A stretch of 64,000 nt of DNA from Paraspadella gotoi (lineage: Eukaryota; Animalia; Chaetognatha): positions 20,438,780 to 20,502,779 of the forward strand of contig CM119266.1 in assembly GCA_051294375.1 (NCBI GenBank), written 5' to 3'. Numbering within the stretch: the first letter of the stretch is position 1; each line of letters starts with the position of its first letter. The position numbers and the translations under genes were made by a program. Shown here piece by piece: positions 61,643 to 64,000 of the stretch. The notes beneath the pieces are model-generated. The model searched no databases. It had not been told where the DNA came from and worked only from the letters and a program-made list of their open reading frames with translations.

Positions 61643-64000
61643 TACATGAAAATAAGATGGAGAATTTTCATCCGATAAAAACGCGAGAAATACATATATC
61701 TCCCTCGTTCGCCATATTCGTCGAAAAGCCCTGTCGGTTCGTCGTCGTCTTCGTCGTCGTCTTCGTCGTCGTCGTCGGTGACATCGTTTTTAATATCGTC
61801 GTCGCCCTCGTCGCCGATATATCGCGACTCGACTGCAATCGTCATGATAGGCACTTATATTAACGACGAATTTCCGAGGTGAAAAAAAAAAAANNNNNNN
61901 NNNNNNNNNNNNNNNNNNNNNNNNNNNNNNNNNNNNNNNNNNNNNNNNNNNNNNNNNNNNNNNNNNNNNNNNNNNNNNNNNNNNNNNNNNNNNNNNNNNN
62001 NNNNNNNNNNNNNNNNNNNNNNNNNNNNNNNNNNNNNNNNNNNNNNNNNNNNNNNNNNNNNNNNNNNNNNNNNNNNNNNNNNNNNNNNNNNNNNNNNNNN
62101 NNNNNNNNNNNNNNNNNNNNNNNNNNNNNNNNNNNNNNNNNNNNNNNNNNNNNNNNNNNNNNNNNNNNNNNNNNNNNNNNNNNNNNNNNNNNNNNNNNNN
62201 NNNNNNNNNNATTGGGGCTGGGGATTGGAGATGGGGATGAGCAAGGGGGAAAAGGTTGTCGGCCTGTCGGGTTAGAAGATGTAGAAATAGATGGAGAATC
62301 GGGGGGAGGAGTAATGGAGGAAAAGAGATGGAGAAAGAGTGAAAGAAAATAGAGAGGGAATCGGGGATGATGTTTAAAGACGGAGATGGCGAATGCAGAT
62401 GGGAGAGAGAAACGGGGGATGAGTGGCCGACTTCTTCTCTTCTTTCTCAGTCTATTTCATCATCTTCGCTGTCGATATTTAGTCGTCGTTGTTGTTGTCG
62501 TCGTCGTCGACGCAGCAGCCGTCGTTCCTCTCGTCGTCGTCATGGTCGTCGTCGTCGTCGTCGTCACGGAGGAAGTGATCTCGTTCCTTCCCTTTTTCCC
62601 TCCGTCGTTATTGCCGCGTATCGCGGGCTCGGTTTATGGCTAAATGATCATGTGATCCCAGGAACATGTGATTCTTGGGAAAAGTTCACATTAGATTTTC
62701 CACCCTACTCCCTCGTCCACCTCATCAGTCACCACCCTCCCTATCCCCTTTTCCACCCAACCCCCTCGACCACCTAACCACCCTCACTGCCTCCTTTTCC
62801 ACCCTCTCCGCTTCGCTTCTCCTTCGCCACATTTCATCGTGAAAGATGTTTTACTTGAAATGGTCGTCGCCATTCGAATATATTTCCTATTTTCCCTCTC
62901 GGAACAACTCTATAACTTACTTTTCGGTCGGTCGGTCTATCCTACTAATAATTTTACTGCTATATCAATTATGTTTATTGAGTATGAAGGTCAGGTACCA
63001 TGAGACTTTTGATGTATTTTTATACTTGTGAAGTCGCATGATATTTTTAAAAATTTAATAAAACTCACAAAATACAGAATGATTTTAAGTAATACTTGGC
63101 AGACTAGTAAGGTATGAGTAAATTATTTCATACTTGTTTAGTCACGTAACTCTGCAGAATTATAGTCACGTGATTCTAAATTAATTTATACAATATTTTG
63201 TATAATATTTGGTCATTTTAGTTTTGCGGACAAATGATATATATTTTATTGTTATATAGTTACGTGATTACCCGGAAATACACGTAAAAAGAAAGTTACT
63301 GGGGCGCAACACATTGGATTCACCGTTGGTGTTTTTATACATTTTAGCACAACTCTTAACATTATTTTTTCTCAAAAATTTCGCTATTTATTCGATTTCT
63401 GAGCGAAGGCGTTTTCTTTTTCCACGAAGTCGTTTCAATCATAATTCTCTTTTTTTTTTTTTGACAAAACATAAACTTTTTCGAGAAAATTTTTAAATTC
63501 GTCTGCGCGTTTTAAGTCTTCGCCGTGGAATTTTTATTTAGCCAAAGTGGTAAGGGAGTTTTGGGTAAGGAGCGGAGGGGCGGGCCGGGNNNNNNNNNNN
63601 NNNNNNNNNNNNNNNNNNNNNNNNNNNNNNNNNNNNNNNNNNNNNNNNNNNNNNNNNNNNNNNNNNNNNNNNNNNNNNNNNNNNNNNNNNNNNNNNNNNN
63701 NNNNNNNNNNNNNNNNNNNNNNNNNNNNNNNNNNNNNNNNTGTGTCATTCCGTTAAAGTCTCAACTCCCGTATTTTTTTCTTGTGTTATTCTTTTCATTT
63801 TTTTTGCGAGTGACTCCGTTGTCATATTTCACTCGGAGGCGCGAATCGCCAAAAGTGGGAATCGATCCAAGCGGAAAAAAAGAAGAAGATGAGAAGGAAA
63901 AATAAAAGGAAGGAGAAAAGAAGATTAGGTAAAGAAATAAAAGGAAGGAGAGAAGAAGAGAAGAAAAGAATAATTGAAGAAGTGTCCGGGAAGTCGGGGC

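Noticed and set aside
63102-63144. Hairpin gactagtaaggtatga...tcatacttgtttagtc as a pre-miRNA
   Set aside because: Only a ~16-bp stem with mismatches, too short, and no match to conserved miRNAs I recognise.

Overview
This is eukaryotic (probably animal) genomic DNA from a gap-rich draft scaffold. It is mostly non-coding, CpG-retaining and full of (GA)n/(CT)n, (GAC)n and (AAT)n microsatellites. I found no intact ORF of a recognisable gene, no rRNA/tRNA and no CRISPR array. Nearly all listed ORFs are by-products of simple repeats or N-runs. The dominant structure is a ~10.24 kb inverted repeat (13650-23891 vs 36474-46715; paired coordinates sum to 60365) around a 12.6 kb spacer. The arms look letter-identical wherever I compared them. 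The spacer and flanks hold shorter, scrambled third copies of much of the arm, differing almost only by small indels. Together with seven gaps of exactly 25 N, gap-adjacent tandem duplications and 'broken' microsatellites, this indicates that one error-rich long-read fill was pasted twice in opposite orientations. A true biological palindrome is less likely, but read mapping is needed to exclude it. The best biological signal is a pair of frameshift-riddled + strand exon candidates at ~33.3-34.5 kb that resemble tandem CUB domains (SOL-1/cubilin-like). Minor features are a MITE-like element with a TAACCC-rich core, several minisatellites and a composite E-box/nuclear-receptor site. I cannot support a novel biological system from this sequence alone.
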